Source: Clostridia bacterium (GTDB taxonomy: Bacteria > Bacillota > Clostridia > Oscillospirales > CAG-272). Taken from it: a stretch of DNA of 64,000 nt. Position numbers and translations under genes: made by a program. Shown here piece after piece: positions 25,776-36,009 of this stretch. The stretch spans positions 17,310 to 81,309 of the forward strand of contig JAFTLJ010000014.1 in the NCBI GenBank assembly GCA_017456005.1, given 5' to 3'. Within the stretch, counting starts at the first letter, position 1, and each line of letters begins with the position of its first letter. The notes beneath the pieces were generated by a model that saw only the letters and a list, made by a program, of their open reading frames with translations, was not told where the DNA came from and searched no databases.

Positions 25776-27014
25776 ATGAAAGTTTTAGTTATAAATAATT
25801 TGCTTATAGGAGAAGAAAATGCCACGGGAGCGACGTTAAAAAACATTTTTAGCGGATTTTCTGATATTGATATATTGGAATATACTTTTGTTCCTGATTC
25901 ATCTAGAGAATATTCTTTTAATGGTACACATATAGAAACTATTTGCAATCAAAAAACAAATTATTTGAATAAGTTTATACATAATTATCATCAGAAAAGT
26001 TTGAAAAGCAACACAGGGTTTTCTGATGAGACAAATGTTTCGTGGAAATCAAAGTTAAAGCTGAAATTAAAAAAAGATGCTCTGATGTGGAACGAGCTGA
26101 TTCCAATTAAAATCGAGAAAGAGTGTATGCAACAAATTATCAATTTTAGTCCGGAACTGATTTACACATTAGGTGCAGATATCAATGTGTTGCGAAATGT
26201 CATCAAATTGTCCGAACTTTTGAATATTCCCATTGTTCTTCATAATATGGATGATCTATATCATACGAAGTTTAATGGACATTCTTTTTTTCAGAAATTG
26301 GCAAAAAGAAAATTACAAAAATTATATAAAAAGGCATATGAACACAGCAAAAAAAGTTTGGCAATCGGTCCTAAAATGGCAAAGGAATACGAGGAACTGT
26401 TTGGTCTGCCGTTTGATTGGGCAATGAATTGTGTAGGCGATATACAGAGTGAGGTTGCTCCGGAAGAAAATTTGGCGATTTTTTCGGGAGGGTTACATGG
26501 TGGACGAGCTACCACATTGGCAAGCTTGGCACAAGCTTTGGAAGGTACGGCAATCAAACTGGAGATTTACACGGATGATAGAAATTTCGTCTCGTATGAA
26601 TCTTTGTTTGCGGGTTTAAAAAACACAAGGCTTTGCCATTACGTTCCAAATGAAAAGATGTTTGATAATTTGTCGCGCGCATCGATTTTGGTTCATGTGG
26701 AGTCTTTTGAAGAAGAATACATAAAGTATTTTCGTTTGTCTATGTCTACAAAAATTCCAGAATATCTCGTTGCTAAAAGACCTGTTTTTTGTATTGGCCC
26801 AAAGGAGATCGCTACATCCTCGTATATTGAAAATTCAGGAGTAGGTGTGGTAGCCGAAAGCTATGAGGATATATCCGATAAATTAACCCAATTAACATCA
26901 GCCGATAAAAAGGAAGAGATTTTATGTTGCATAGAGACCAGAATAAATGAGGATTTCAGACGCGCGGATGTTCAGAAAAAGATTTGCGCGGTTTTTGAAT
27001 ACAACGTAATGTAA
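25776..27014 (+). CDS. putative GT-B-fold glycosyltransferase-like protein
   Basis: 412-aa ORF. The C-terminal segment ESFEEEYIKYFRLSMSTKIPEYL resembles the ExxxxxxE region of GT4 enzymes. The assignment is weak. Confidence 0.45.
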   Translation: MKVLVINNLLIGEENATGATLKNIFSGFSDIDILEYTFVPDSSREYSFNGTHIETICNQKTNYLNKFIHNYHQKSLKSNTGFSDETNVSWKSKLKLKLKKDALMWNELIPIKIEKECMQQIINFSPELIYTLGADINVLRNVIKLSELLNIPIVLHNMDDLYHTKFNGHSFFQKLAKRKLQKLYKKAYEHSKKSLAIGPKMAKEYEELFGLPFDWAMNCVGDIQSEVAPEENLAIFSGGLHGGRATTLASLAQALEGTAIKLEIYTDDRNFVSYESLFAGLKNTRLCHYVPNEKMFDNLSRASILVHVESFEEEYIKYFRLSMSTKIPEYLVAKRPVFCIGPKEIATSSYIENSGVGVVAESYEDISDKLTQLTSADKKEEILCCIETRINEDFRRADVQKKICAVFEYNVM

Positions 27015-27031
27015 AGCGGAGACGATAAAAT

Positions 27032-27835
27032 ATGAAAAAAATATCTATTGTAACCCCGTCGTTTAATGGAGCAAATTTTTTAGAAAGATGTATAAAGTCC
27101 ATAATGGGCCAGACCTATCAGAATTTTGAGCATATTATTGTGGATGGCGGCTCAACCGACGAAACGTTATCGATATTAAAGCGATACGAAGGACAGTACA
27201 ATATGCGTTGGATATCCGAAAAGGATGAGGGGATGTATGATGCTATTTGCAAGGGATTTTCTATAGCGGATGGAGAAATATTTGCCTGGCTTAATACAGA
27301 CGATATTTATATGCCATGGACCTTGCAGATTATCGCTGAAGTTTTTGAAAATGACAAATATCAATGGTGTACGGCAAGTCAGAGTTCTTATATAACAGGA
27401 GACGGAAAATTCTATTTCAGAACACGCACAGTAGGGCCTAAGTCCTATTCGCGAAAAAATATTGCGCGCGGCTATCACGACGGCAGAATATTGCCTTTTA
27501 TTCAGCAGGAATCCACTTTCTGGACCAGAAAACTGTGGGAAAAGAGTGGAGGTGTTGATAAATCCTACCGTTTGGCAGGAGACTTTTATTTGTGGAAAAC
27601 ATTTGCTGAATACGAGCCTCTGTATACGCTAAATACTGTTTTGGCGGCATTTTGCGTTCACAAAGGACAGTTATCGTCAAATGCTGATGCGTATATGCTT
27701 GAATTACCCAAACTTTCTTTAAATGGTAAGATTCTTCATAAAACCAGATTATTGTTTTTATATTTAAATATTTTTCACCCGTATCACGGTAATTTGATAC
27801 AAATAGAGGAAATTATCAATGGAAATTATGAATGA
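27032..27835 (+). CDS. glycosyltransferase family 2
   Basis: ISIVTPSFNGANFLERCIKSI...VDGGSTD...NTDD, a typical GT2 N-terminal domain. Confidence 0.85.
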   Translation: MKKISIVTPSFNGANFLERCIKSIMGQTYQNFEHIIVDGGSTDETLSILKRYEGQYNMRWISEKDEGMYDAICKGFSIADGEIFAWLNTDDIYMPWTLQIIAEVFENDKYQWCTASQSSYITGDGKFYFRTRTVGPKSYSRKNIARGYHDGRILPFIQQESTFWTRKLWEKSGGVDKSYRLAGDFYLWKTFAEYEPLYTLNTVLAAFCVHKGQLSSNADAYMLELPKLSLNGKILHKTRLLFLYLNIFHPYHGNLIQIEEIINGNYE

Positions 27836-29039
27836 TGCTAAAAAGAGCTACATACTCTATTTTTGGATGTTTTTGTGCTTTTTTATTACGGATTCGCCGT
27901 TTGCCAATTATGCTGCAAACGGGTATGTTTTTAAAGTAACTGCACCCATGATTTTGGGTATACTTTATCCTGCCTATTGCATGATATTTAAAAAATACAC
28001 TTTAAGCAGGAGTTATACGCTGGTTACTCTGTTTATTTTCTCTATGGTTGCATTATCAAGTGCTTTGGGTGGCGGCGGACTGCGTATGACTGTGGCGTAT
28101 TTGGGAATGTGGCTGTTCGGATTATTTTTTAGCAAAACATATTCCTTTGAGGATTTTAGACGTGCGTTTATGAACTCTGTGATTTTCATAGCAATATTTT
28201 CTATTATTATATATCTTGTTTTACTTTTATTTCCTGTAAGTAAATATATGTTTCCTACAGTGTTATACAGTAACGGTATGACGGTCGACCTTTTCTTTAC
28301 TACGTTCAGATTGATGTCTGGCCCTGTGCGCCGCAATTACGGTATGTTTTGGGAACCCGGTACTTATCAAGCATATTTAAATTTAGCGTTGTTGTTTTTA
28401 TTCAAGGAAAAGAAGTGTGACTTTTTTTTACCGAAAGTTATAGTGTTAGTGTTAGCCATCATAACCACTTTTTCAACAACGGGATTCATAGTTATGGCCC
28501 TTATTCTTTGCTACAGTATGCTGACGAAAAGCGATGCTTTGCAAAAAAGCGCATTTAAAAAAATTTCATTTGTTGTTTTTATGATTGGAGTATCTATTAT
28601 TGCTCTTGCTAATGCAGATATGATAGCCAGACTTGTTTTTGATAAAATGGAGGCTGGCAATAACTCATATGATAGCAGAATGCTATCCATATTAGGCAAT
28701 TTGATAGTTACTCTGAAATATCCATTTTTGGGCGCTGGTTACGGAAATAGTGCGCAGGTTTTAAATCAGTTGGTTGAGTCGACCTCCGGTTTTATCCATC
28801 AAACTAATACGTTTACAAATTATTTTGCAACATTCGGTATTTTTATAGGCGGTCTTTTTATTTTCTTTTGGATGAAAATTTCAAGCGCGCTTTCAAAAAA
28901 TTTGATGGAGAATATTTTTACAATAGTTATTTTGACTTTGATTACATCTGGAGAAAATTTTTTGAGTTCATTTGCTTTTATCCTGTTTTTAATATATGGG
29001 TTTAGGTTATCCAAATTGGACAATTGGTTTAAATTATAA
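27819..29039 (+). CDS. wzy: O-antigen/repeat-unit polymerase (Wzy-like) membrane protein
   Basis: 406-aa ORF with about 10-11 hydrophobic segments, in a Wzx-containing locus. No sequence motif was verified. Confidence 0.55.
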   Translation: MEIMNDAKKSYILYFWMFLCFFITDSPFANYAANGYVFKVTAPMILGILYPAYCMIFKKYTLSRSYTLVTLFIFSMVALSSALGGGGLRMTVAYLGMWLFGLFFSKTYSFEDFRRAFMNSVIFIAIFSIIIYLVLLLFPVSKYMFPTVLYSNGMTVDLFFTTFRLMSGPVRRNYGMFWEPGTYQAYLNLALLFLFKEKKCDFFLPKVIVLVLAIITTFSTTGFIVMALILCYSMLTKSDALQKSAFKKISFVVFMIGVSIIALANADMIARLVFDKMEAGNNSYDSRMLSILGNLIVTLKYPFLGAGYGNSAQVLNQLVESTSGFIHQTNTFTNYFATFGIFIGGLFIFFWMKISSALSKNLMENIFTIVILTLITSGENFLSSFAFILFLIYGFRLSKLDNWFKL

Positions 29040-29069
29040 TTGTGATATGAGAATTAGGAGATGACATGT

Positions 29070-30335
29070 ATGAATGTATTGATGTTTACAAATTATGCTC
29101 CTGCTGATATACAAAAAAAGCAGGGGAGCGTTATGGTAAACGAGGGTTGGGTTTATGGATTGCAACAAAATTTGCTCAGGATAAAAGGTATAAAACTTCA
29201 TGTTATGTATCCTCAGAATATTGACAAAGAGCCTATTTTTGAGTCTATAAGCGATAATTTTGTTGCAAATGGTTATTATCATAACTCAAATAACTTTTCG
29301 GACGAAGAAAATATAAAGCTTCAGATCAAAAATTACCGTTATATCAGTGATATCGATGTGATTCATATAATGGGAACAGAGTTTTTTCACTCGCTGGCGG
29401 CCTTTCATGCGATGAATGAATTGGGACTGAATGGTAGAACAGTAATTTCCATTCAAGGGCTGGTTTCATTTTGTGCAAAACACTATGATTATGGTGTTCC
29501 TAAAAAATATTGTTATGGATTTTCTATTCAAGAAATATATAATGGATTTTCTTCAATAAATAAACGCAAGGAAGAGTTTGAGGCGAGAGGAGTTTTTGAA
29601 ACTCGTCTGCTCAGCGAGTGCAAAAATGTTATTGGCAGAACAAATTGGGATAAACGATGCACAAGATTAATTAACCCCGATATCCAATATTATCATAATG
29701 GTGAGAATTTAAGATCAAGTTTCTATAGTGAGGAGCGCTGGAATATAGAAAATTGCGAAAAATATTCTATTTTTGTATCTCAAGCGACTTATCCTTTGAA
29801 GGGATTGCATCATGTATTGAGTATATTACCCGATATAGTGAAAAAGTATCCCGAAACAAAATTATATGTTGGAGGAAAATCTCCGATAAATACAAGTCAT
29901 TGGAAATGTAATTCCTATGCTAATTATCTTAATGCTTTAATAAAACGTGGGAATTTAGAGGATCATGTGTGTTTCTGCGGATCTTTGTCTGAAGAAGATA
30001 TAAAAAAGCGCTATTTAAAATCACACGTGTTCCTTTCTCCTTCCAATATTGAGAATTCCTCGAATTCAATCGGTGAAGCAATGATGCTGGGTGTTCCCGT
30101 TGTTGCCTCAAATGTTGGTGGAACAGATTCTGTTTTAGAAAACGGCAAGAGTGGTTTTTTGTATCCTTTGACAGAATCGTATATTATGGTTCAAGAAATT
30201 TTTGATATTTTCGGAAGTAATGATTTGGCAAATTATGTATCGAAAAATGCTATTGAATATTCGTCTCATTTGTATGATTCTAATGAAAATATTAGAACTT
30301 TGCTTGAAATTTACAGGCGATTAAGTAATAGCTAA
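29070..30335 (+). CDS. glycosyltransferase, GT4
   Basis: ENSSNSIGEAMMLGVPVVASNVGG motif. ATG lies 9 nt after AGGAG. Confidence 0.8.
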   Translation: MNVLMFTNYAPADIQKKQGSVMVNEGWVYGLQQNLLRIKGIKLHVMYPQNIDKEPIFESISDNFVANGYYHNSNNFSDEENIKLQIKNYRYISDIDVIHIMGTEFFHSLAAFHAMNELGLNGRTVISIQGLVSFCAKHYDYGVPKKYCYGFSIQEIYNGFSSINKRKEEFEARGVFETRLLSECKNVIGRTNWDKRCTRLINPDIQYYHNGENLRSSFYSEERWNIENCEKYSIFVSQATYPLKGLHHVLSILPDIVKKYPETKLYVGGKSPINTSHWKCNSYANYLNALIKRGNLEDHVCFCGSLSEEDIKKRYLKSHVFLSPSNIENSSNSIGEAMMLGVPVVASNVGGTDSVLENGKSGFLYPLTESYIMVQEIFDIFGSNDLANYVSKNAIEYSSHLYDSNENIRTLLEIYRRLSNS

Positions 30336-30398
30336 TATACCTTATTATAAACATTATAAACTCGACGGTCATGGTCTTCAAAAAAGGAGAGACGATTT

Positions 30399-31325
30399 AT
30401 GATACAAGATAAAGTGTCAGTAATAATCACGACATATAAAGCCACAGATCGATTAAGAGATGCGATCAAATCGGTATTGAATCAAACATATGAACATTTT
30501 GAGGTTTGTGTTGTAGATGACAATAATCCCGATACGGAATCGAGAGCGTATACGGAAAGAATCATACAGGAGTTCGCAGATCATCCAAAATTGAAATATA
30601 TAAAACATGAACGAAACAAAAATGGTTCGGCGGCAAGAAATACGGGAATTTGTGCTACAGATGGAGAATTTATTGCTTTTTTGGATGATGATGATATATA
30701 TTACAGCGATAGATTGGCGAAATGTGTGGGGGCGCTGAAAAAAGATGTCTTATTGGGCGGCGTATATACTCATGTAGATATATATGAAGATGAAATTCCG
30801 ATCGGCGTAAGACATGCGGAATTCTCCGGGAAAATCTGGAAGGACTTTCTCCTTAACGAGGGTGTAATGGGTACCGGAAGCAATATGTTTTTACGAAGAA
30901 CATGTATGACGGAAATTGGCTTTTTCAATGAAGCATTTCTTCGCTATCAGGATGTTGAATACATGCTGAGATTTACGGAAAAATATGCTCTTTTGGCGTT
31001 ACCTCAAGTTTTGGTCAGAAAAAATATTCAAGTTACCAATATTCCGGAATACAAAAAATATAAGGCAAATAAACTTTTGATTTTTAATACGTTTGGCTAT
31101 TTGATCAATCGATTGAGTGAAGAAGAACGGAACCATTTTTATTATCAGCATTATATGGCTTTGTACAGAACGGCGATTGCTTCGTGTAATAGAAAAAATA
31201 TTGCCGAAGCGATGATTGATTGCGAAAAAATGAATCCCAAGTTGACTAAAAAGGAAAAACTGAGAGGATATTTTCCGCGTGTGTTTAAAGTATACGCTAA
31301 AATCAGAAAGAAACTAAATCGATAA
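30399..31325 (+). CDS. glycosyltransferase family 2
   Basis: VSVIITTYKATDRLRDAIKSV...VDDNNPD...LDDDD, a GT2 signature. Confidence 0.85.
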   Translation: MIQDKVSVIITTYKATDRLRDAIKSVLNQTYEHFEVCVVDDNNPDTESRAYTERIIQEFADHPKLKYIKHERNKNGSAARNTGICATDGEFIAFLDDDDIYYSDRLAKCVGALKKDVLLGGVYTHVDIYEDEIPIGVRHAEFSGKIWKDFLLNEGVMGTGSNMFLRRTCMTEIGFFNEAFLRYQDVEYMLRFTEKYALLALPQVLVRKNIQVTNIPEYKKYKANKLLIFNTFGYLINRLSEEERNHFYYQHYMALYRTAIASCNRKNIAEAMIDCEKMNPKLTKKEKLRGYFPRVFKVYAKIRKKLNR

Positions 31326-31360
31326 ATTTTATATAACTTGTGATTTGGAGAGGGGTAAAT

Positions 31361-32569
31361 ATGAATGTTTTGATTGTAGGTGCTAATTTTTCTAACAAAG
31401 GCGCACAGTCTATGCTGTTCATTGCTGTTGATGAATTGAAAAAACGTTTTCCGGAAAGTAAAGTATATTTTGGACGTGTGGAGCCTTTTGACAATCAGTT
31501 GTATCAATTTGATGAAATTTATTATTCGAAAGAATCCAAAGAAACCGCCTTGAACCGCATTAAAAGTTTTTCAACGGTTTCAACGGTTGCCAAAGATTGC
31601 GTCAAAACCCTTTTGGGACGACGCAATAACACGTGGAGAATTTTGGCGTTAAAAAAACGGATCAAGGATATAGACCTGATCATTGATATCAGCGGTTTTA
31701 ATCTTGGAGAAAAATGGGATATATATACACATGAGGAGTATTTGAGAAATATCAGGCTTGCCAAAAAGTATAATATTCCGATGATTTTGATGCCGCAGTC
31801 TTTTGGACCGTTTAACTACACAAAGGAAAAAGCTTATTTGCTTGAGCAGATGCGTGAACTTCTGAAATATCCTAAACTAATTTTTGCCAGAGAGCAGGAA
31901 GGATATGATTATTTGATTCAGACGTTTGATTTGAAAAATGTCAGATTGTCGACAGATTTGGTTTTGCAAAATGCCGGCGTCGATTTGAAAAATATATATC
32001 GCGCTATTCCCGAGAAAAAAGTGCCCTGCTTGAATACTGAGAATAATGTGGGCATCGTTCCCAATTTCCAATGCATCCGACACGGTAATAAAGAGATGAT
32101 GTTGGATGTATATATTTCTCTTATCAACAAGCTGATCGAAAAGGGCAAGCACGTGTATATTTTCAGACATTCCCGCGAGGATCTGGATGTTTGCAAAATG
32201 ATAAAGAACGAGTTCGTAAACACAGAATCCGTTATCCTTTTGGAGCAGGATTTTAACTGTTTTGAATATGATGATTTTGTAAAACAATTTCAGTATATCA
32301 TTTGTTCGAGATATCACGGCATCGTTCATGCATATCGCAATTACGTCCCGGCTATTTTGTTGGGCTGGGCGATTAAATATGAAGAATTGGCCCGTAATGT
32401 CGGACAGGGAGAATACGCGTTTGATATTACGGATAAAGCGTTCAATAAGAATTTGGTACTGAAGGCAATCGATTCCATGGATGCAAACATTGAAGCAAAT
32501 GTTGCGACCATTTCTGATAATGTCCAAAGAATCCAAAAAGATAATTGCTTTGATTATATTACTGAATAA
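31361..32569 (+). CDS. polysaccharide pyruvyl transferase family protein
   Basis: NKGAQSML N-terminus and SRYHGIVHA motif, typical of CsaB/WcaK-like pyruvyl transferases. Confidence 0.7.
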   Translation: MNVLIVGANFSNKGAQSMLFIAVDELKKRFPESKVYFGRVEPFDNQLYQFDEIYYSKESKETALNRIKSFSTVSTVAKDCVKTLLGRRNNTWRILALKKRIKDIDLIIDISGFNLGEKWDIYTHEEYLRNIRLAKKYNIPMILMPQSFGPFNYTKEKAYLLEQMRELLKYPKLIFAREQEGYDYLIQTFDLKNVRLSTDLVLQNAGVDLKNIYRAIPEKKVPCLNTENNVGIVPNFQCIRHGNKEMMLDVYISLINKLIEKGKHVYIFRHSREDLDVCKMIKNEFVNTESVILLEQDFNCFEYDDFVKQFQYIICSRYHGIVHAYRNYVPAILLGWAIKYEELARNVGQGEYAFDITDKAFNKNLVLKAIDSMDANIEANVATISDNVQRIQKDNCFDYITE

Positions 32570-32626
32570 TATGCTCTATAGTATCGAATATGGATTTTAT
32601 TATTTACGGTAATCAAAAGGGGTTAT

Positions 32627-34165
32627 ATGATGGAAAGCAGATTTAAAAATTCGATTCGTAATTTGTCTTGGGGCGTTGTTAATAAAATGGTGACGCTCCT
32701 CCTTCCGTTTGTCACGAGGACAATTGTTTTATACTTATTGGGTGCAAAGTTTCTTGGCATAGGCACGCTGTTTTCGTCGGTGCTTAATTTTCTCAGCTTG
32801 GCGGAATTGGGATTGAATTCGGCGATTGTTTATATTATGTATAAACCAATCGCAGAGAATGACTACGAAACCATTTCGGCGTTGCTGAATTATTACAGAA
32901 AATTATACCGGGTGATCGGAACTGTAATTTTGGTGATCGGCACTGCCATTTTGCCTTTCATTCCATATTTGATCAAAGGCGATGTTCCGGAAGGACTGAA
33001 TGTCTATTCCGTATACTATTTGTTTTTGTTGAATTCGGTTATCAGTTATTTTTTTGCGGGATATAAGCAGAGCTTGCTGACGGCATACCAGAGACAGGAT
33101 ATTATCACAAATATTGCTACGTTAAGCAATGTCGCTTTACAGGTGTTTCAGATTTTGTTGCTGTATCTTACAGAAAGTTATTACGTATATGCAATCGTTC
33201 CGATACCGATCACAATTTGCGTAAACATTTTAAACGCCATAATAACAAAGCGTAAATTCCCGGAAATCAAACCCTGCGGTATGATTTCGCAAGAATTGAA
33301 AAAGAATATCCATAAACGGTTGAGTGGACTTTTCGGAACAAAATTGAATAGCATCGTTGTACATTCGGCAGATACCGTCGTTATTTCCGCATTTTTGGGA
33401 TTAACGTTGACTGCTCAGTACGGAAATTATTATATGTTATTTAATGCAGTTCATGGCTTTGTGATCGTAATATATACCTCATTGGCGGCAAGCATCGGTA
33501 ATAAGCTGGCTGTGGATTCCATAGAAAAAAATTATCATTTGTTTAAACATTTAAGCTTTTTAAACGCATGGATCGTTTGCTTTTGCTGCACCTGCTTCTT
33601 GTGTTTGTATGAACCCTTTATGAAGATATGGGTGGGCGAAGAACTTTGTCTGGGAATTATTTTTGTCATTTTGTTTTGCTTGTATTTCTTTGTTTTTGAT
33701 ATACAAAGAACAATTTTGGTCTTCAAGGACGCAGCGGGACTTTGGCATATTGACAAAATAAGACCTTATATTTCAATGCTCGTTAATCTTGTGAGCAATT
33801 TGATCTTGGTGCAATTTATAGGAATTTACGGCATTGTCGTCTCATCGATTCTTTCGTTTTTGATCTCTGTTCCGTGGGTGAATAAAGTTCTTTTCGATCA
33901 TTTGTTTCACAAAAAACCGGGAAAAAACCTGCTTAGTATTTTAATTTATTTTGCAGCGACGGTGTTGATTGGAGCGAGCACGTATGCTATTTGCTCTCTT
34001 TGTCATGACGGGTTCCTTGGCTTGGTCGAACGGTTGATCGTGTGCGTATTTTGTTCCAATGCATTTTTCGTCCTTTTGTTTATTCGATCGGATAGTTTCA
34101 AATATTGGAAAAAAGTGTTGCTTGATTTTGTAAATAGAAAGTTGAGGAAATCTCATGGGAATTAA
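32627..34165 (+). CDS. wzx: Wzx-type oligosaccharide flippase (MOP superfamily)
   Basis: 512-aa ORF with 12-14 hydrophobic segments. The N-terminus SIRNLSWGVVNKMVTLLLPFVTRTIVLYLLG is typical of polysaccharide biosynthesis proteins. Confidence 0.8.
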   Translation: MMESRFKNSIRNLSWGVVNKMVTLLLPFVTRTIVLYLLGAKFLGIGTLFSSVLNFLSLAELGLNSAIVYIMYKPIAENDYETISALLNYYRKLYRVIGTVILVIGTAILPFIPYLIKGDVPEGLNVYSVYYLFLLNSVISYFFAGYKQSLLTAYQRQDIITNIATLSNVALQVFQILLLYLTESYYVYAIVPIPITICVNILNAIITKRKFPEIKPCGMISQELKKNIHKRLSGLFGTKLNSIVVHSADTVVISAFLGLTLTAQYGNYYMLFNAVHGFVIVIYTSLAASIGNKLAVDSIEKNYHLFKHLSFLNAWIVCFCCTCFLCLYEPFMKIWVGEELCLGIIFVILFCLYFFVFDIQRTILVFKDAAGLWHIDKIRPYISMLVNLVSNLILVQFIGIYGIVVSSILSFLISVPWVNKVLFDHLFHKKPGKNLLSILIYFAATVLIGASTYAICSLCHDGFLGLVERLIVCVFCSNAFFVLLFIRSDSFKYWKKVLLDFVNRKLRKSHGN

Positions 34166-35123
34166 ATCTGTGATTAAAAAAATTATTATTCAGAGAAACG
34201 GATCGAAGAAAAAATTAAATTCTGAGTATTTGAAAAAATACGATAAATATTCTTTCAGAGGAACGAATTGTACGAATGTTCAGCAATATGAAGCGGTAAT
34301 AACGCGGCTTTATCATTCTATTGAAAAGGGTCTTTCGTATCAGAATTATAGGGTTGGCTTCGGAAAGGCGAATATCGAAGCTTTGCTATCAACTCTGGAA
34401 AAATACAGCTCTGAAATGAAAGATTATGATGTCTTCTTTTATCGAACAGCACTTTCAACATTGTTTGAATATATTAAAAAGAACAAAGAACATGGACATT
34501 TTGATGAGAATTTGGAACAAAGAGTAAAAGCTTTGCCTGGAAATCCCAATATTTTGGGTGGGATTATTAAATTTGAACCATTAACGGAAGAGAATGTCCA
34601 AAAATTGAATTTTAACGATTTTCTGAAGGATAGACATAGTATCAGACATTTTTCGGGTGTCCCTGTAGATGTTGAAAAATTGAAGGCGGCAGTGCGCTTG
34701 GCTCAGTATACTCCTTCTGCGTGTAACAGACAAGGGTGGCGAACCCGTATTATTGCAAATAAAGATTTACTGAACAAAGTGTTGAGCAATCAAAATGGAA
34801 ATACAGGCTTTGGTCAGGAAATTGATAAACTTCTTATTGTTACAACGGATATCCGATATTTTAACAGAGACAGAGAAACCTACCAAGCGTTCATTGATGG
34901 AGGTATGTACGCAGAAAATCTAATCAATGCGTTGCATTTTTACCATATTGGCTCCATTCCACTTAGCGCTTCTTTGACAAAGGAACAGGAAACCAACGTG
35001 AGAGACTTCATCGGAATGGATGATGCGGAAGTGCTGATTTTGTTTATTGGCGTAGGATCATATCCGGAACAGTGTCAGACAACCAGATCTGAAAGACGTG
35101 ATGCGGAAATCACAGTGCTTTAA
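34155..35123 (+). CDS. nitroreductase family protein
   Basis: RHSIRHF...PSACNRQGWR, nitroreductase-fold motifs in the C-terminal half. Confidence 0.75.
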   Translation: MGIKSVIKKIIIQRNGSKKKLNSEYLKKYDKYSFRGTNCTNVQQYEAVITRLYHSIEKGLSYQNYRVGFGKANIEALLSTLEKYSSEMKDYDVFFYRTALSTLFEYIKKNKEHGHFDENLEQRVKALPGNPNILGGIIKFEPLTEENVQKLNFNDFLKDRHSIRHFSGVPVDVEKLKAAVRLAQYTPSACNRQGWRTRIIANKDLLNKVLSNQNGNTGFGQEIDKLLIVTTDIRYFNRDRETYQAFIDGGMYAENLINALHFYHIGSIPLSASLTKEQETNVRDFIGMDDAEVLILFIGVGSYPEQCQTTRSERRDAEITVL

Positions 35124-35424
35124 TTGTTGGGATAGAATTCTTCGAACGCATAATTTTTGAAGAATATTGCTATTTTATTGAAATTGCGTGATTGCTAATT
35201 AACGATAGAAATAAAATTTGAAGCAACATATAAAGCAACATATACTGACTTCGTCCCTCCACGTTTACAGCGTCACATAGCATTTGCTCATTCTAAAAAG
35301 TAGACGTACTTAATTGCTAAGTCAGAAAAAGAAAGCTTTGTCGAAAACCTTAGGAACAGATACTTTTACCAAAGTTTTTTGCCAAGATTTTTTCAAAAAA
35401 AGCGGAAATATGAGAAAAAATCAA

Positions 35425-35940
35425 ACGAAATGTCTTCTACTTGCGCTGGGATATGCGACTCGCCTTTAGCCCTTGATCGAAAATTCCCGAAGCATTTGCT
35501 TGAGGTAAAAGGGAAGAGCGTATTTGATTGTATGATTGACGATATTGACACGCTTATTATCACGTGAGACTATCTGCTTGACTGCAGACTCACTGAATTT
35601 ATAAATACACAAAAGCCCAAAACAGCTTATGCGTTATGCGATGCTATTGGACGAATGAGCAGAAGCTTCTCAAATGTGACATCGTAACTATCGATGAAAA
35701 CGACAAGATACTCGAAAGGGCAGAGAAATCGTTGCACTCGTGACGCGTTAATACGTACCTCCTTTCTACTTTTATGCAAAAGGAGGATATAAATCCTATT
35801 TGAACATGCATCTATGCCGGTTTTAGTGTTGATACTCCCTGAAAATGTGATTCTGCAAACAGACGGGTGTTTATGCGATGCAAATGCCGGGTGGGTATCA
35901 TAATATAGTAAAAATCGAAAGCTACGAAAAGTACAGACCA
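35425..35940 (+). pseudogene. decayed, internally deleted copy of the sugar-1-P nucleotidyltransferase gene at 40752-41486
   Basis: Nucleotide collinearity with 40752-41470 is visible by eye (KCLLLALGYATRL-stop). The ATG is lost, stop codons are present, and a central block of about 230 bp is missing. The upstream leader 35335-35424 is also duplicated (compare 40655-40751). Confidence 0.8.
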
Positions 35941-35974
35941 AATATATGGACCAAATATATGGACCAAATATATG
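35936..35974 (+). repeat. perfect 3 x 13-bp tandem repeat (GACCAAATATATG)
   Basis: Read directly from the sequence, about 35 nt upstream of the fkp start. Confidence 0.95.
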
Positions 35975-36009
35975 GGAATAAGCAAATAAATATTAGGAGA
36001 TGACTAACA

